A stretch of DNA of 64,000 nt from an uncultured Candidatus Rokubacteria bacterium (GCA_963826115.1 CAWGVS010000012.1:800001-864000), one strand, 5' to 3'. Shown: positions 41,580-51,918, numbered from the stretch's first letter. Numbers and translations are program-made. The notes: generated by a model from the letters alone, not told the origin.

Positions 41580-42874
41580 CCGAGCCGGTCCTCTCGCGCC
41601 ACTTCGACCGGCCGGAGGCGCGAACGCTCGACGGCTACCGCGCCGCGGGCGGCTACGAGGCGCTCCGGAAGGCGCTGGCGCTCGGCCCCGAGGGCATCGC
41701 GGCCGAGGTCAAGAAGGCGAACCTCCGGGGGCTCGGCGGCGCCGGGTTCCCGACCGCCACCAAGTGGGGCTTCATCCCCGCGAAGCGCACCGGCCCCGTG
41801 TACCTCGTCGTCAACGCCGACGAGGGGGAGCCGGGGACGTTCAAGGACCGCTACATCCTCGAGCGCGACCCCCACGCCCTCATCGAGGGGATGCTGATCG
41901 CGGCCTACGCGATCGGCTGCCACACGTCCTTCATCTACATCCGCGGCGAGTACGTGCAGCCATGGCGGGTCTTTTCGGAGGCCGTCCGGGCGGCCGAGGC
42001 CGCGGGGCTCCTCGGCGACAACGTCCTCGGCGCGGGCTTCGCGCACCGCATGGTCGTCCACCGGGGCGCGGGCGCCTACATCTGCGGCGAGGAGACGGGG
42101 CTCATCTCCTCCCTCGAGGGCAAGAAGGGGTGGCCGAAGGTCAAGCCGCCGTTCCCGGCGATCAAGGGCGCCTTCGGCCAGCCGACGGTCGTCAACAACG
42201 TCGAGACGCTCGCCGCGGTGCCGCACATCATCGCGCGCGGCGGGGAATGGTTCGCCGGGCTCGGCTCGAAGACCCAGGGCGGGACCCGGCTCTACTCGGT
42301 CTCGGGCCACGTGACGCGGCCGGGCGTCTACGAGACGTCGGTCGGCATCACGCTCCGCGAGCTGATCGAGCGCGCGGGCGGGGTGGCGAACGGGCGCCGG
42401 CTGAAGGCGGTGGTGCCGGGCGGCTCGTCGGCGCCGATCCTCACCGCGGACCAGATCGACGTGACCATGGACGTCGACGGGCTCCGCAACGCGGGGACGA
42501 TGGCGGGCTCCGCGGGCGTCGTCGTGATGGACGACACGACGTGCATTCCCGAGGCGCTCCACGTGGTCGCCCGCTTCTACGCCCACGAGTCCTGCGGGCA
42601 GTGCACGCCGTGCCGGGAGTGCACCGGGTGGATCTACAAGATCACCGGCCGCATCCTCGCCGGGAAGGGCGTGCCCCAGGACCCGGACACGATCGTGGAC
42701 GTCGCCAAGCGCGGCGCCGGGAGCACGATCTGCGCCTTCTACGACGGGGCGATCGGCCCGTACATCTCGTACGTCGAGAAGTTCCGGGCCGAGTTCGACC
42801 ACCACGTTCGCCACGGCGCCTGCGATCTCCGACCTGGGCGGCCGGGGGCGAACGCGCCCGCCCGGGCGCACTGA
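41576..42874 (+). CDS. nuoF: NADH-quinone oxidoreductase subunit F
   Basis: GLGGAGFP, NADEGEPGTFKDR, YICGEET, ESCGQCTPCRE. Confidence 0.96.
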   Translation: MTEPVLSRHFDRPEARTLDGYRAAGGYEALRKALALGPEGIAAEVKKANLRGLGGAGFPTATKWGFIPAKRTGPVYLVVNADEGEPGTFKDRYILERDPHALIEGMLIAAYAIGCHTSFIYIRGEYVQPWRVFSEAVRAAEAAGLLGDNVLGAGFAHRMVVHRGAGAYICGEETGLISSLEGKKGWPKVKPPFPAIKGAFGQPTVVNNVETLAAVPHIIARGGEWFAGLGSKTQGGTRLYSVSGHVTRPGVYETSVGITLRELIERAGGVANGRRLKAVVPGGSSAPILTADQIDVTMDVDGLRNAGTMAGSAGVVVMDDTTCIPEALHVVARFYAHESCGQCTPCRECTGWIYKITGRILAGKGVPQDPDTIVDVAKRGAGSTICAFYDGAIGPYISYVEKFRAEFDHHVRHGACDLRPGRPGANAPARAH

Positions 42875-42881
42875 GACCCGC

Positions 42882-44498
42882 ATGCCCAAGCTGACGGTCG
42901 ACGGCAAGGAGATCGAGGTCCCCGCGGGGACGAACCTCATCGAGGCGGCGCGCCGGCTCGGGATCGAGGTCCCGCACTACTGCTACCATCCGGGGCTCCC
43001 GATCGCCGGCGCCTGCCGCCTCTGCATGGTGGACCTCGAGAAGGCGCCGCGGCCCACGATCGCCTGCAACACGCAGGCGGCCGACGGGATGGTGGTGATG
43101 ACCCAGACGCCGCGGGTGCTCGAGCTCCGGCGCTCGGTCATGGAGTGGCACCTCGTCAACCACCCGCTCGACTGCCCGGTGTGCGACCAGGCCGGCGAGT
43201 GCTGGCTGCAGATCTACTACATGCAGCACGGGCTCTACGAGCCCCGGATGATCGACGACAAGGTCCACAAGCCCAAGGCCGTGCCCATCGGGCCGCACGT
43301 CATGCTGGACGCGGAGCGCTGCATCCTCTGCTCGCGCTGCGTCCGCTTCTGCGACACGATCACGAAGACGGGCGAGCTCGGGATCTTCAACCGGGGCGAC
43401 CACTCGGAGCTGGGCCTGTTCCCCGGCACCACGCTCGACAACGCCTACTCCGGCAACGTGGTCGACATCTGCCCGGTGGGCGCGCTCACCGACCGCGACT
43501 TCCGCTTCCAGGCGCGCGTCTGGTACCTCGACCGCGCGAAGTCGGTCTGCCCGGGGTGCGCCCGCGGCTGCAACATCGAGGTCCACACCAACACCAAGCG
43601 CGCCCATCACGCGCAGGGCCGCCGCGTCGTCCGGCTGAAGCCCCGGTTCAATGCCGACGTGAACCAGTGGTGGATCTGCGACGAGGGGCGGTACGGCTTC
43701 GGCGACGTCGACGCCCCGACCCGGATCGAGCGGCCGGAGCTTCGCGAGAGTGGGACGCCGCGGGTCCTCACGTGGGAGGAGGCCGTGGCCGCGGCGGCGG
43801 ACGGGCTCCGCGCGGCGGGCCCCGAGGGCACGGGGGTCCTCCTGTCCGCGCGGATGTCGAACGAGGACCTCTGGGTCGCCCGGCGCCTGTTCCGGGACGC
43901 CCTCGGCGCGACCCACGTGGACTTCCGGGTGCCGCCGGCCGCCCCGGGCTCGGCGGACACGCTCCTCCGGGTGGCCGACAAGACACCCAACACGCAGGGG
44001 GCGACGCTCCTCGGCTGCGGACGGGCGGGTGCGGCCGACGGCCAGCACGTGCTCGACGCCGCGCGGGCGGGCCGGCTCCGGCTCCTGTGGATCTTCGACC
44101 ACGACCTCCTCGAGTCGGGCTGGCCCCGCGCGGAGGTCGAGGAGGCCCTCGCCCGGGTCGAGGGCGTGGTCTTCCAGGGCCCGACCGCCAACGGGACGAG
44201 CGCGCGGGCGCACCTCGTCCTGCCGAGCGCCGCCTACGTGGAGCGCGAGGGCACGTGGACGAACGTGACGGGCCGGGTCCAGCGGTTCTGGCGGGCGGTC
44301 TTCCCGCGCGGCGAGGCGCGGCCCGACTGGGAGACGCTCGGCGCCGTGGCCCGCGCCCTCGGCCACCCGGCGCCGCCGCCGCGCGCCGCCGCCGTCTTCG
44401 ACGCGCTCGCGGCCGAGACGCCGGCGTTCGCGGGGTTGAGCTACCGCGCGCTGGGCGACCACGGCGCCGACGTCGCCGCCGGGGCCGGGGCCCGATGA
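42882..44498 (+). CDS. nuoG: NADH-quinone oxidoreductase subunit G (short form)
   Basis: CRLCMV, HPLDCPVCD..GEC, CILCSRCVRFC, CPVGAL, CPGCARGC. Confidence 0.93.
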   Translation: MPKLTVDGKEIEVPAGTNLIEAARRLGIEVPHYCYHPGLPIAGACRLCMVDLEKAPRPTIACNTQAADGMVVMTQTPRVLELRRSVMEWHLVNHPLDCPVCDQAGECWLQIYYMQHGLYEPRMIDDKVHKPKAVPIGPHVMLDAERCILCSRCVRFCDTITKTGELGIFNRGDHSELGLFPGTTLDNAYSGNVVDICPVGALTDRDFRFQARVWYLDRAKSVCPGCARGCNIEVHTNTKRAHHAQGRRVVRLKPRFNADVNQWWICDEGRYGFGDVDAPTRIERPELRESGTPRVLTWEEAVAAAADGLRAAGPEGTGVLLSARMSNEDLWVARRLFRDALGATHVDFRVPPAAPGSADTLLRVADKTPNTQGATLLGCGRAGAADGQHVLDAARAGRLRLLWIFDHDLLESGWPRAEVEEALARVEGVVFQGPTANGTSARAHLVLPSAAYVEREGTWTNVTGRVQRFWRAVFPRGEARPDWETLGAVARALGHPAPPPRAAAVFDALAAETPAFAGLSYRALGDHGADVAAGAGAR

Positions 44499-44517
44499 GC
44501 GCGGGGGCGCGCCGGGC

Positions 44518-45603
44518 GTGAGCGGCGTCGTGGTCGACCTCGGCATCGCCTTCGCGCGCGTCGCCTTCGTGATGGGCTTCGTGCTGAACCTGGGCGGCCT
44601 CCTCACCTGGGTCGAGCGCAAGCAGTCCGCGGTCATGCAGGACCGGATCGGCGCGAACCGCGCGTCCATCCTGGGTCTCCGGCTGTTCGGGCTGTTCCAC
44701 CCGCTGGCGGACGCGATCAAGATGCTGACCAAGGAAGACTTCATGCCGGCCCGCGCGGACCGGGTGCTCTTCCTGGCGGCGCCGGTGGTGTCGGTCTTCT
44801 TCGCGCTCTCCGGCTTCGCGACGATCCCGTTCGGCGACGTCCTCCAGGTCGGGGGGCGGGAGATCTCCCTCCAGGCGGTGGAGCTCAACGCGGGGATCCT
44901 CTACGTCTTCGCGATGCTGTCGATGGGCGTCTACGGCGTGGTGCTGGCCGGCTGGGCCTCCGCCAACAACTTCGCCCTCCTGGGGGGCCAGCGCGCGGCG
45001 GCGCTGATGATCTCGGCGGAGGTCGCGATCGGCGCGTCGATCATGGGCGTCTGCATGGTCTACGGCTCGCTCGACCTCCAGGAGATCGCGCGCGGCCAGG
45101 GGGCGTACTGGGGCGGCGTGATCCCCAAGTGGGGCCTCTTCACGCAGCCGCTCGGGTTCATCCTGTTCCTGGTCGCCGGCATCGCCACCACCAAGCGGGC
45201 CCCGTTCGACTTCCCGGAAGGCGAGTCCGAGATCATCGGCTACAACGTCGAGTACAGCGGCATGAAGTTCGGCATGTTCCTGATGGCCGACTTCGTCGAG
45301 ACCGTCGTGGTGGCCGGGATGACGACCGCGCTCTTTCTGGGCGGCTGGCAGGTGCCCTGGCTCTTTCGCGACGGCTTCCACCTGCCGGGTGGGCTCACGA
45401 TCGTGCTGCCGCAGCTCGTGGTGGCGCTCCTCCAGGTCGGGGCCTTCGTGACCAAGGTGGTCGCCATGGTCTGGTTCCTGATGCTGGTCCGGTGGACGCT
45501 GCCCCGCTTCCGGTACGACCAGGCGATGCGGCTCGGGTGGCTCGGCCTCCTGCCGCTGGCGATCCTCAACATCGTCGTGACGGCCGCGGTGCTGCTCTTC
45601 TAG
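44518..45603 (+). CDS. nuoH: NADH-quinone oxidoreductase subunit H (cluster 2)
   Basis: ERK..MQDRIG, ADAIK..KE, RAPFDFPEGESE, RWTLPRFRYDQ. Confidence 0.95.
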   Translation: MSGVVVDLGIAFARVAFVMGFVLNLGGLLTWVERKQSAVMQDRIGANRASILGLRLFGLFHPLADAIKMLTKEDFMPARADRVLFLAAPVVSVFFALSGFATIPFGDVLQVGGREISLQAVELNAGILYVFAMLSMGVYGVVLAGWASANNFALLGGQRAAALMISAEVAIGASIMGVCMVYGSLDLQEIARGQGAYWGGVIPKWGLFTQPLGFILFLVAGIATTKRAPFDFPEGESEIIGYNVEYSGMKFGMFLMADFVETVVVAGMTTALFLGGWQVPWLFRDGFHLPGGLTIVLPQLVVALLQVGAFVTKVVAMVWFLMLVRWTLPRFRYDQAMRLGWLGLLPLAILNIVVTAAVLLF

Positions 45604-45616
45604 CGAGGCGACGAGC

Positions 45617-46210
45617 ATGGCGAGCGCGCTCCCGTCCCCCCCGCCGCCGAAGGTCCTCCACGTCCGCCGGCAGGTCGCGACCAGCCCGCGCCAGCGCTTC
45701 TACCTGGCCGAGATCCTCGTCGGCCTCCGGGTGACCGCGGCGCACTTCGTCCGCAACATGGGCCTGTGGGTGCGCGGCCGGAAGGGCGCGGTGACCTACC
45801 AGTGGCCGGAGGAGCGGCGGCCGCTCGCGACCCGGCTCCGGAGCCTCCATCGCCTGGTGCGACGGGACGACGGGTCGCCCCGGTGCGTCGCGTGCATGAT
45901 GTGCGAGACGGTGTGCCCCGCGCACTGCATCTACATCGTGGCGGGCGAGCACCCGAACCCGGACATCGAGAAGTACCCGACGCGGTTCGACATCGACCTC
46001 GGCAAGTGCGTGTTCTGCGGGTTCTGCGTGGAAGCCTGTCCGGAGGACGCGATCCGGATGGACACGGGCATCCTCGAGTTCTCGAGCTTCAGCCGGGAGG
46101 GCCTCGTCTACCCGAAGGAGGTGCTGCTCGCGCTGGAGCCGGCCGGGGCCGATGGACTCCCGACCATGGCGCCGCCGGCGGCGCTGGTCCGCCGGGGGTT
46201 CGAGGGATGA
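45617..46210 (+). CDS. nuoI: NADH-quinone oxidoreductase subunit I (cluster 2)
   Basis: CVACMMCETVCP, CVFCGFCVEACP. Confidence 0.95.
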   Translation: MASALPSPPPPKVLHVRRQVATSPRQRFYLAEILVGLRVTAAHFVRNMGLWVRGRKGAVTYQWPEERRPLATRLRSLHRLVRRDDGSPRCVACMMCETVCPAHCIYIVAGEHPNPDIEKYPTRFDIDLGKCVFCGFCVEACPEDAIRMDTGILEFSSFSREGLVYPKEVLLALEPAGADGLPTMAPPAALVRRGFEG

Positions 46211-46256
46211 ATTCCGTGCTCGTCGTCACCGCCGCGCCGGGAGCGCCCGGCCAGTG

Positions 46257-46748
46257 ATGGAGTGGCTCGTGTTCATCCTGGTCGCGGTGGCGGCCATCGG
46301 CACCGCGCTCGGGCTGGTGATCCGGCCGAACCCCCTCCACGGGGCGCTCTTTCTCGTCGGGAACCTGTTCTGCGTCGCGGTCCTGTACCTCATGCTCCGC
46401 GCGGAGTTCCTCGCTCTCGCCCAGGTGATCGTCTACGCGGGGGCGATCATGGTGCTCTTCATCTTCGCGATAATGCTGCTGATTCCCGGCCGCGCCGAGG
46501 CGGGCCCGGATCCGCTCGCGCGGGCCCGCCGGCTCGCGCTGCCGCTGGCGGCCGTGTTCGGGATCGTGATCGTGCTGGTGGTCGGCCGCACCGGCGGCCC
46601 GACCGGGGCGGCGCCCCCCGGCGGGGCCGGGCCCATCGGCCGGCTCCTGTTCACCGACTACCTGTTCCCGTTCGAGGTGACCTCGCTCCTGCTCCTGGCG
46701 GCGCTGGTCGGGGCCCTCACCTTGGCCAAGCGCCGGCCGAGCGCGTGA
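46257..46748 (+). CDS. nuoJ: NADH-quinone oxidoreductase subunit J (cluster 2)
   Basis: [26 protein letters not shown]. Confidence 0.94.
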   Translation: MEWLVFILVAVAAIGTALGLVIRPNPLHGALFLVGNLFCVAVLYLMLRAEFLALAQVIVYAGAIMVLFIFAIMLLIPGRAEAGPDPLARARRLALPLAAVFGIVIVLVVGRTGGPTGAAPPGGAGPIGRLLFTDYLFPFEVTSLLLLAALVGALTLAKRRPSA

Positions 46749-46753
46749 GCGAC

Positions 46754-47059
46754 ATGGCCGTCCCGCCGGCGTACTATGTCGGATTGTCGGCGATCTTGTT
46801 CACGATCGGCGTGGTGGGCGTCCTCGTCCGGCGCAACCCGCTGGTCATCTTCATGTCGATCGAGCTCATGCTGAACGCCGCGAACCTGGCGTTCGTGGCC
46901 TTCGGGCGCGCCCACGGCACGGCCGCCGGGCAGATCATCGTGTTCTTCGTGATGACGGTCGCGGCGGCCGAGGTCGCGGTCGGGCTGGCCATCATCGTGG
47001 CGATCTTCCGGGCCCGCTTCCGGATCAACGTCGACGACCTGGCGTTGATGCGCTGGTGA
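46754..47059 (+). CDS. nuoK: NADH-quinone oxidoreductase subunit K (cluster 2)
   Basis: [23 protein letters not shown]. Confidence 0.95.
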   Translation: MAVPPAYYVGLSAILFTIGVVGVLVRRNPLVIFMSIELMLNAANLAFVAFGRAHGTAAGQIIVFFVMTVAAAEVAVGLAIIVAIFRARFRINVDDLALMRW

Positions 47060-47094
47060 GACCCGGGGGCGCGTCCGACAAGGGAGGCGAGAGA

Positions 47095-48093
47095 GTGGCG
47101 ACGACGGGATCCGTGGCAGGGGCGGTCGCCCGCGGGGATGTCGCGGTCGGGCTCGCGCTCCTCGAGCAGATGCAGCTCATCCGGCGGTTCGAGGAGAAGG
47201 CGGCCGAGATGTACGCCCTCGGCAAGATCGGGGGCTTCCTCCACCTCTACATCGGGCAGGAGGCGGTCGCAGTGGGGGCGATGTCCACCCTCCGCCCCGA
47301 CGACTACGCCATCGCGGGCTACCGGGAGCACGGGCACATCCTCGCCAAGGGCGGCGACCCGCGGCGGATCATGGCCGAGCTCTTCGGACGCCGGGACGGC
47401 GTGTCCAAGGGCAAGGGCGGCTCGATGCACATGTTCGACCGCGCCATCAACTTCCTCGGCGGCCACGCGATCGTCGGGGGCTACCTGCCCATCGCCACCG
47501 GCGTCGGCTTCGCGATCCGCTACGAGGATCGGGACCGGGTGATCCTCTGCTTCTTCGGCGACGGCTCGGTGCCCCAGGGCGAGTTCCACGAGTCGATGAA
47601 CCTGGCGTCCCTCTGGAAGCTGCCGGTCGTCTTCATCTGCGAGAACAACCGCTACGCCATGGGGACTGCCATCCAGCGGGCGCTCGCGCAGACGGACATC
47701 ACGAAGTTCGCCGCGGCGTATGCGATGCCCGGCGAGGCCTGCGACGGCATGGACGTGCTGGCGGTGCGGGAGTGCGTCGGGCGCGCGGTGGCGCGGGCCC
47801 GGGAGAGCAAGACGCCGACGCTCGTGGAGGCGCGGACCTACCGGTTCCGGGGGCATTCCATGCGGGATCCCGCGGCGGCCGTGTATCGCACGAAGGACGA
47901 GGTCGAGGAGGAGAAGCGTCGCGATCCGATCGTCGCCCTGCGCGAGCGGCTCCGCGGGGCCGGCCGGCTCGACGAGGCGGCCTGGGACGCGCTGGTCGAG
48001 CGGGTGGAGGCGCGCGTCAACGATGCGGTGGCATTCGCCGACGCCTCGCCGGAGCCGCCGGCGGAGTGGCTGACCGCGGACGTCTACGCGTGA
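47095..48093 (+). CDS. pdhA: Pyruvate dehydrogenase E1 alpha
   Basis: GFLHLYIGQEA, GKGGSMH, FGDG...ENN, TYRFRGHSM; AGGGAGG SD. Confidence 0.93.
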   Translation: MATTGSVAGAVARGDVAVGLALLEQMQLIRRFEEKAAEMYALGKIGGFLHLYIGQEAVAVGAMSTLRPDDYAIAGYREHGHILAKGGDPRRIMAELFGRRDGVSKGKGGSMHMFDRAINFLGGHAIVGGYLPIATGVGFAIRYEDRDRVILCFFGDGSVPQGEFHESMNLASLWKLPVVFICENNRYAMGTAIQRALAQTDITKFAAAYAMPGEACDGMDVLAVRECVGRAVARARESKTPTLVEARTYRFRGHSMRDPAAAVYRTKDEVEEEKRRDPIVALRERLRGAGRLDEAAWDALVERVEARVNDAVAFADASPEPPAEWLTADVYA

Positions 48094-48133
48094 GGCGCGG
48101 CCGGGATCGGGGCGCGCGGAGAGGGAGGCGGGC

Positions 48134-49117
48134 ATGGCGGTGATCACGTACCGGGAGGCGCTGAACCACGCCCTGCGCGAGGAGATGGAGCGGGACGACC
48201 GGGTGTTCCTGGTCGGCGAGGAAGTCGGCGTCTACGGCGGCGCCTACAAGGTGAGCCAGGGGCTCCTCGAGAAGTTCGGCGAGCGACGCGTCGTGGACAC
48301 GCCCATCTGCGAGTCCGGGTTCACGGGAGTCGGGATCGGCGCCGCGATGATGGGGCTCCGGCCCATCGTCGAGATGATGACCTTTAACTTCGCGCTGGTG
48401 GCGCTCGACCAGATCGTCAATCACGCCGCGAAGCTCTTCTACATGTCGGGCGGCCAGTTCCCGATCCCGATGGTGATCCGCGGGCCGGGGGGGCCGGCCC
48501 ACCAGCTGGCCGCGCAGCACTCACAGTCGATGGAGTCGTACTTCTGCCACGTGCCCGGGCTGAAGGTGGTGCGCCCGACGACGCCACGCGACGCCAAGGG
48601 GCTCCTGAAGAGCGCGATCCGGGACAACAACCCGGTGATCTTCATCGAGTCGGAGACGCTGTACGGCGTCAAGGGCGAGGTGCCCGACGACGCCGACTTC
48701 CTGATCCCGCTCGGCGTCGCCGAGGTCAAGCGCGAGGGGCGCGACGTGACGGTCATCGCCTACTCGGGCATGTACTACCGGGTGCTGGAGGCGGCGGCGG
48801 AGGTCGAGAAGTCCGACGGCATCTCGGTCGAGGTCGTCGACCCCCGCACGCTCCGCCCGATGGACTTCGACACCATCCTGGAGTCGGTGCGGAAGACCCA
48901 CCGGGTCCTGGTCGCGGAGTCCGGCGCCGGCTTCGCGGGCATGGGATCGGAGATCGCGGCGTACATCACCGAGCACGCATTCGACGAGCTGGACGCGCCG
49001 GTCGAGCGGGTCTTCGGCGCCGACGCGCCCATGCCGTACGCGAAGAATCTCGAGCGGTTGAAGACGCCATCCAAGGAGCGGATCATCGACGAGCTGCGCA
49101 AGCTCTGCTCCGTTTGA
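48134..49117 (+). CDS. pdhB: Pyruvate dehydrogenase E1 beta
   Basis: GEEVG.YGGAYKVS, DTPI.E, AAQHSQ, MPYAKNLE. Confidence 0.94.
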   Translation: MAVITYREALNHALREEMERDDRVFLVGEEVGVYGGAYKVSQGLLEKFGERRVVDTPICESGFTGVGIGAAMMGLRPIVEMMTFNFALVALDQIVNHAAKLFYMSGGQFPIPMVIRGPGGPAHQLAAQHSQSMESYFCHVPGLKVVRPTTPRDAKGLLKSAIRDNNPVIFIESETLYGVKGEVPDDADFLIPLGVAEVKREGRDVTVIAYSGMYYRVLEAAAEVEKSDGISVEVVDPRTLRPMDFDTILESVRKTHRVLVAESGAGFAGMGSEIAAYITEHAFDELDAPVERVFGADAPMPYAKNLERLKTPSKERIIDELRKLCSV

Positions 49118-49145
49118 CTGGACTCCCGAGGAGGGTGAGCGGGCC

Positions 49146-50468
49146 ATGGCGGTGACCAGGGTCGTGATGCCGAAGCTGTCGGAGGCGATGGAGACGGGGA
49201 AGCTCCTGCGCTGGCTCAAGCAGGAGGGGGATCGGATCTCGGGCGGCGACATCATCGCCGAGATCGAGACCGACAAGGCCGACATCGAGCTGGAGGCCTT
49301 CGGCTCGGGCGTGCTCCGGAAGCTCCTCGCCGCCCCGGGATCGGCGGTGCCGGTCGGCGGCCTGATCGCCGTCATCGCCGACCCGGACGAGGACATCAGC
49401 GCCGTCGTCGGCGAGGGGGCCCCTGCCCGCCCGGCCGCGGCCCCCGCCCCGGCTCCGGCGCCGGCGGCCGCGCCGGCTCCCGCCCGGCCGGTTGTCCCCG
49501 CTCCGGCGCCCGCGGCCGTGCCGGCCATGGCGAGCGCGCCCGCGGTGGCCGCTGCCCGCGTGCTCCCGGCGGGGCGGCTCCGGATCTCCCCGCTCGCGCG
49601 GAAGCTCGCCCAGCGGGCGAGCATCGACCTCGCCCGCGTGACCGGCACCGGCCCCGGCGGCCGCATCATCCAGCGTGACATCGAGGCCTTCGTCGCGGCC
49701 CGGCCGGCCGCGGCGGCGGCCCGGCCGGCGGCCTCGGCGATGCCCGCCGTCGCGGCGTTGGCGCCCGTCGCCCCCCGGACGGGTCCGGAGACCGAGGACA
49801 TCGCGCTCAGCCCGATCCGCGCGGCGATCGCGCGCCAGCTGGTGCAGTCCAAGGCGCCGGTGCCGCACTTCTACGTCACCACCGAGATCGCGATGGAGCG
49901 GGTGGCGGCGCTCCGGGCCGAGCTCCAGGCGCTGCCCGGGGCGCCCAAGGTCACGTTCACCGACGTGGTCGTGCGCGCCTGCGCGGTGACGCTCCAGAAG
50001 CACCCGGGAGTGAACGCGAGCTTCACCGGCGACGCGATCCGGCGACACCGGGCGGCCCATATCGGCATCGCGGTCGCCGTGGAGGACGGCCTCATCACGC
50101 CCGTCCTCCGGGACTGCGACCGGAAGTCGCTCTTCCAGATCGCGGCGGAAGCGCGTGACCTGATCGAGCGAACGCGCGCGCGCAAGCTGCGCCAGCAGGA
50201 GCTCTCCGGCGCGACCTTCTCGGTGTCGAACCTCGGGATGTTCCCCGTGGACGAGTTCGTCGCGATCATCAACCCACCCGAGGCGGCGATCCTCGCCGTC
50301 GGGGCGATCGTCGACAAGCCCGTCGTCGTCGACGGGCAGCTGGCGGTGGGGAAGCGCATGCGCGTGACCCTGTCGGCCGACCACCGGGTCATCGACGGCG
50401 CCATGGGCGCGCAGTTCCTGGCCGACCTGAAGGCGACCCTCGAGGCGCCGCTCAGCCTCCTGGTCTGA
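49146..50468 (+). CDS. pdhC: Dihydrolipoamide acetyltransferase E2
   Basis: One lipoyl domain (ETDKA), PSBD (SPLARKLA..GTGPGGRI), DHRVIDG. Confidence 0.94.
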   Translation: MAVTRVVMPKLSEAMETGKLLRWLKQEGDRISGGDIIAEIETDKADIELEAFGSGVLRKLLAAPGSAVPVGGLIAVIADPDEDISAVVGEGAPARPAAAPAPAPAPAAAPAPARPVVPAPAPAAVPAMASAPAVAAARVLPAGRLRISPLARKLAQRASIDLARVTGTGPGGRIIQRDIEAFVAARPAAAAARPAASAMPAVAALAPVAPRTGPETEDIALSPIRAAIARQLVQSKAPVPHFYVTTEIAMERVAALRAELQALPGAPKVTFTDVVVRACAVTLQKHPGVNASFTGDAIRRHRAAHIGIAVAVEDGLITPVLRDCDRKSLFQIAAEARDLIERTRARKLRQQELSGATFSVSNLGMFPVDEFVAIINPPEAAILAVGAIVDKPVVVDGQLAVGKRMRVTLSADHRVIDGAMGAQFLADLKATLEAPLSLLV

Positions 50469-50472
50469 CCCG

Positions 50473-51870
50473 ATGGCCAGCGAGCGCTTCGACGCCGTCG
50501 TCGTCGGCTCGGGACCGGGCGGCTACGTCTCCGCGATCCGGGCCGCGCAGCTCGGCCAGCGGGTGGCGGTGGTCGAGGCCGACCGGCCCGGCGGCATCTG
50601 CCTGAACTGGGGCTGCATCCCGACCAAGGCGCTCCTCCGGAACGCCGAAGTGCTCCAGCTCTTCCAGCGGGCAGCCGAGTTCGGCATCACCGTCGACAAC
50701 CTGCGCGCCGACTATCGGGTCGCCTACCAGCGGAGCCGCCAGGTCGCCGAGCGGATGTCGAAGGGCGTCGAGTTCCTGTTCCGCAAGAACAAGATCACCC
50801 TCGTCCCGGGCCGCGGCAGCGTCACGGGCCCGGGCGCGGTCCGCGTCCAGGGCTCGGACGGGAGCGCGCGGACGCTCGAGGCCCGGGCGGTCGTGCTCGC
50901 GACGGGCGCGGCGCCGAAGAGCCTGCCGGGCGTGACGATCGACAAGACGCGGGTGATCAGCTCCGACGAGGCGCTCCGGCTCGAACGGCTGCCCCCGTCC
51001 GTGATCGTGATCGGCGCCGGCGCGGTCGGCGTCGAGTTCGCGGACGTGTTCGCCGCCTACGGCGTCCAGGTGACGATCGTCGAGGCGCTCCCGCGGCTCC
51101 TTCCCATCGAGGACGAGGAGATCTCGAAGCTCCTCGCGCGAAGCTTCGCCAAGCGGAAGATCGACGTCCGCGCGGGCGTGAAGGTCCAGGCGGTGCGCGT
51201 GGGCAAGGACGGGGTCACGGTAGAGCTCGAGCAGGAGGGGCAGGCGGCCCGCCTCGAGGCCGCCATGGTCCTGATGGCCGTCGGCCGGGGCGCGAACACC
51301 GAGGCCCTCGGCCTCGACACCCTCGGGGTGGCCATGGAGCGGGGCTTCGTGAAGGTGTCCCCGCGCATGGAGACGTCCGTCCCCGGCGTGTACGCGATCG
51401 GCGACCTGGCGGGGCCGCCCCTCCTCGCCCACAAGGCGAGCGCCGAGGGCATCGTGGCGGCCGAGGCGCTCGCCGGCCACCCCGGCCATCCCGTGGACTA
51501 CCGGACGATCCCGGGCTGCACCTACTGCCACCCGCAGGTGGCGAGCCTCGGCCTCACGGAGGCCCAGGCCCGCGCGGACGGCCGCGCCATCAAGGTGGGG
51601 AAGTACATGTTCCTCGCCAACGGGAAGGCCCAGGCGCTCGCCGAGCCCGAGGGACTGGTCAAGATCGTGGCGGCTGCCGATACGGGCGAGATCCTCGGGG
51701 TGCACATCCTGGGGGCGGAGGCCACCGAGCTGATCGCCGAGTTCGGGCTCGGGAAGACACTCGAGGCCACCGTCGAGGAGGTGGGGCACACGATCCACGC
51801 CCACCCCACGATGGCCGAGGCGGTGATGGAAGCCGCCCTCGACGCGATGGGGCAGGCGATCCACCTGTAG
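50473..51870 (+). CDS. lpdA: Dihydrolipoamide dehydrogenase E3
   Basis: GSGPGGY, CLNWGCIPTK, HAHPT.AE. Confidence 0.96.
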   Translation: MASERFDAVVVGSGPGGYVSAIRAAQLGQRVAVVEADRPGGICLNWGCIPTKALLRNAEVLQLFQRAAEFGITVDNLRADYRVAYQRSRQVAERMSKGVEFLFRKNKITLVPGRGSVTGPGAVRVQGSDGSARTLEARAVVLATGAAPKSLPGVTIDKTRVISSDEALRLERLPPSVIVIGAGAVGVEFADVFAAYGVQVTIVEALPRLLPIEDEEISKLLARSFAKRKIDVRAGVKVQAVRVGKDGVTVELEQEGQAARLEAAMVLMAVGRGANTEALGLDTLGVAMERGFVKVSPRMETSVPGVYAIGDLAGPPLLAHKASAEGIVAAEALAGHPGHPVDYRTIPGCTYCHPQVASLGLTEAQARADGRAIKVGKYMFLANGKAQALAEPEGLVKIVAAADTGEILGVHILGAEATELIAEFGLGKTLEATVEEVGHTIHAHPTMAEAVMEAALDAMGQAIHL

Positions 51871-51918
51871 GCGGCGCCTCCCCTCCGCCGGCCGCGCGCG
51901 CGGCCGCCGGCCGGGCTC

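Noticed and set aside
49420-49560. Ala/Pro repeats in pdhC (and the secG tail) as repeat elements
   Set aside because: Ordinary flexible linkers.
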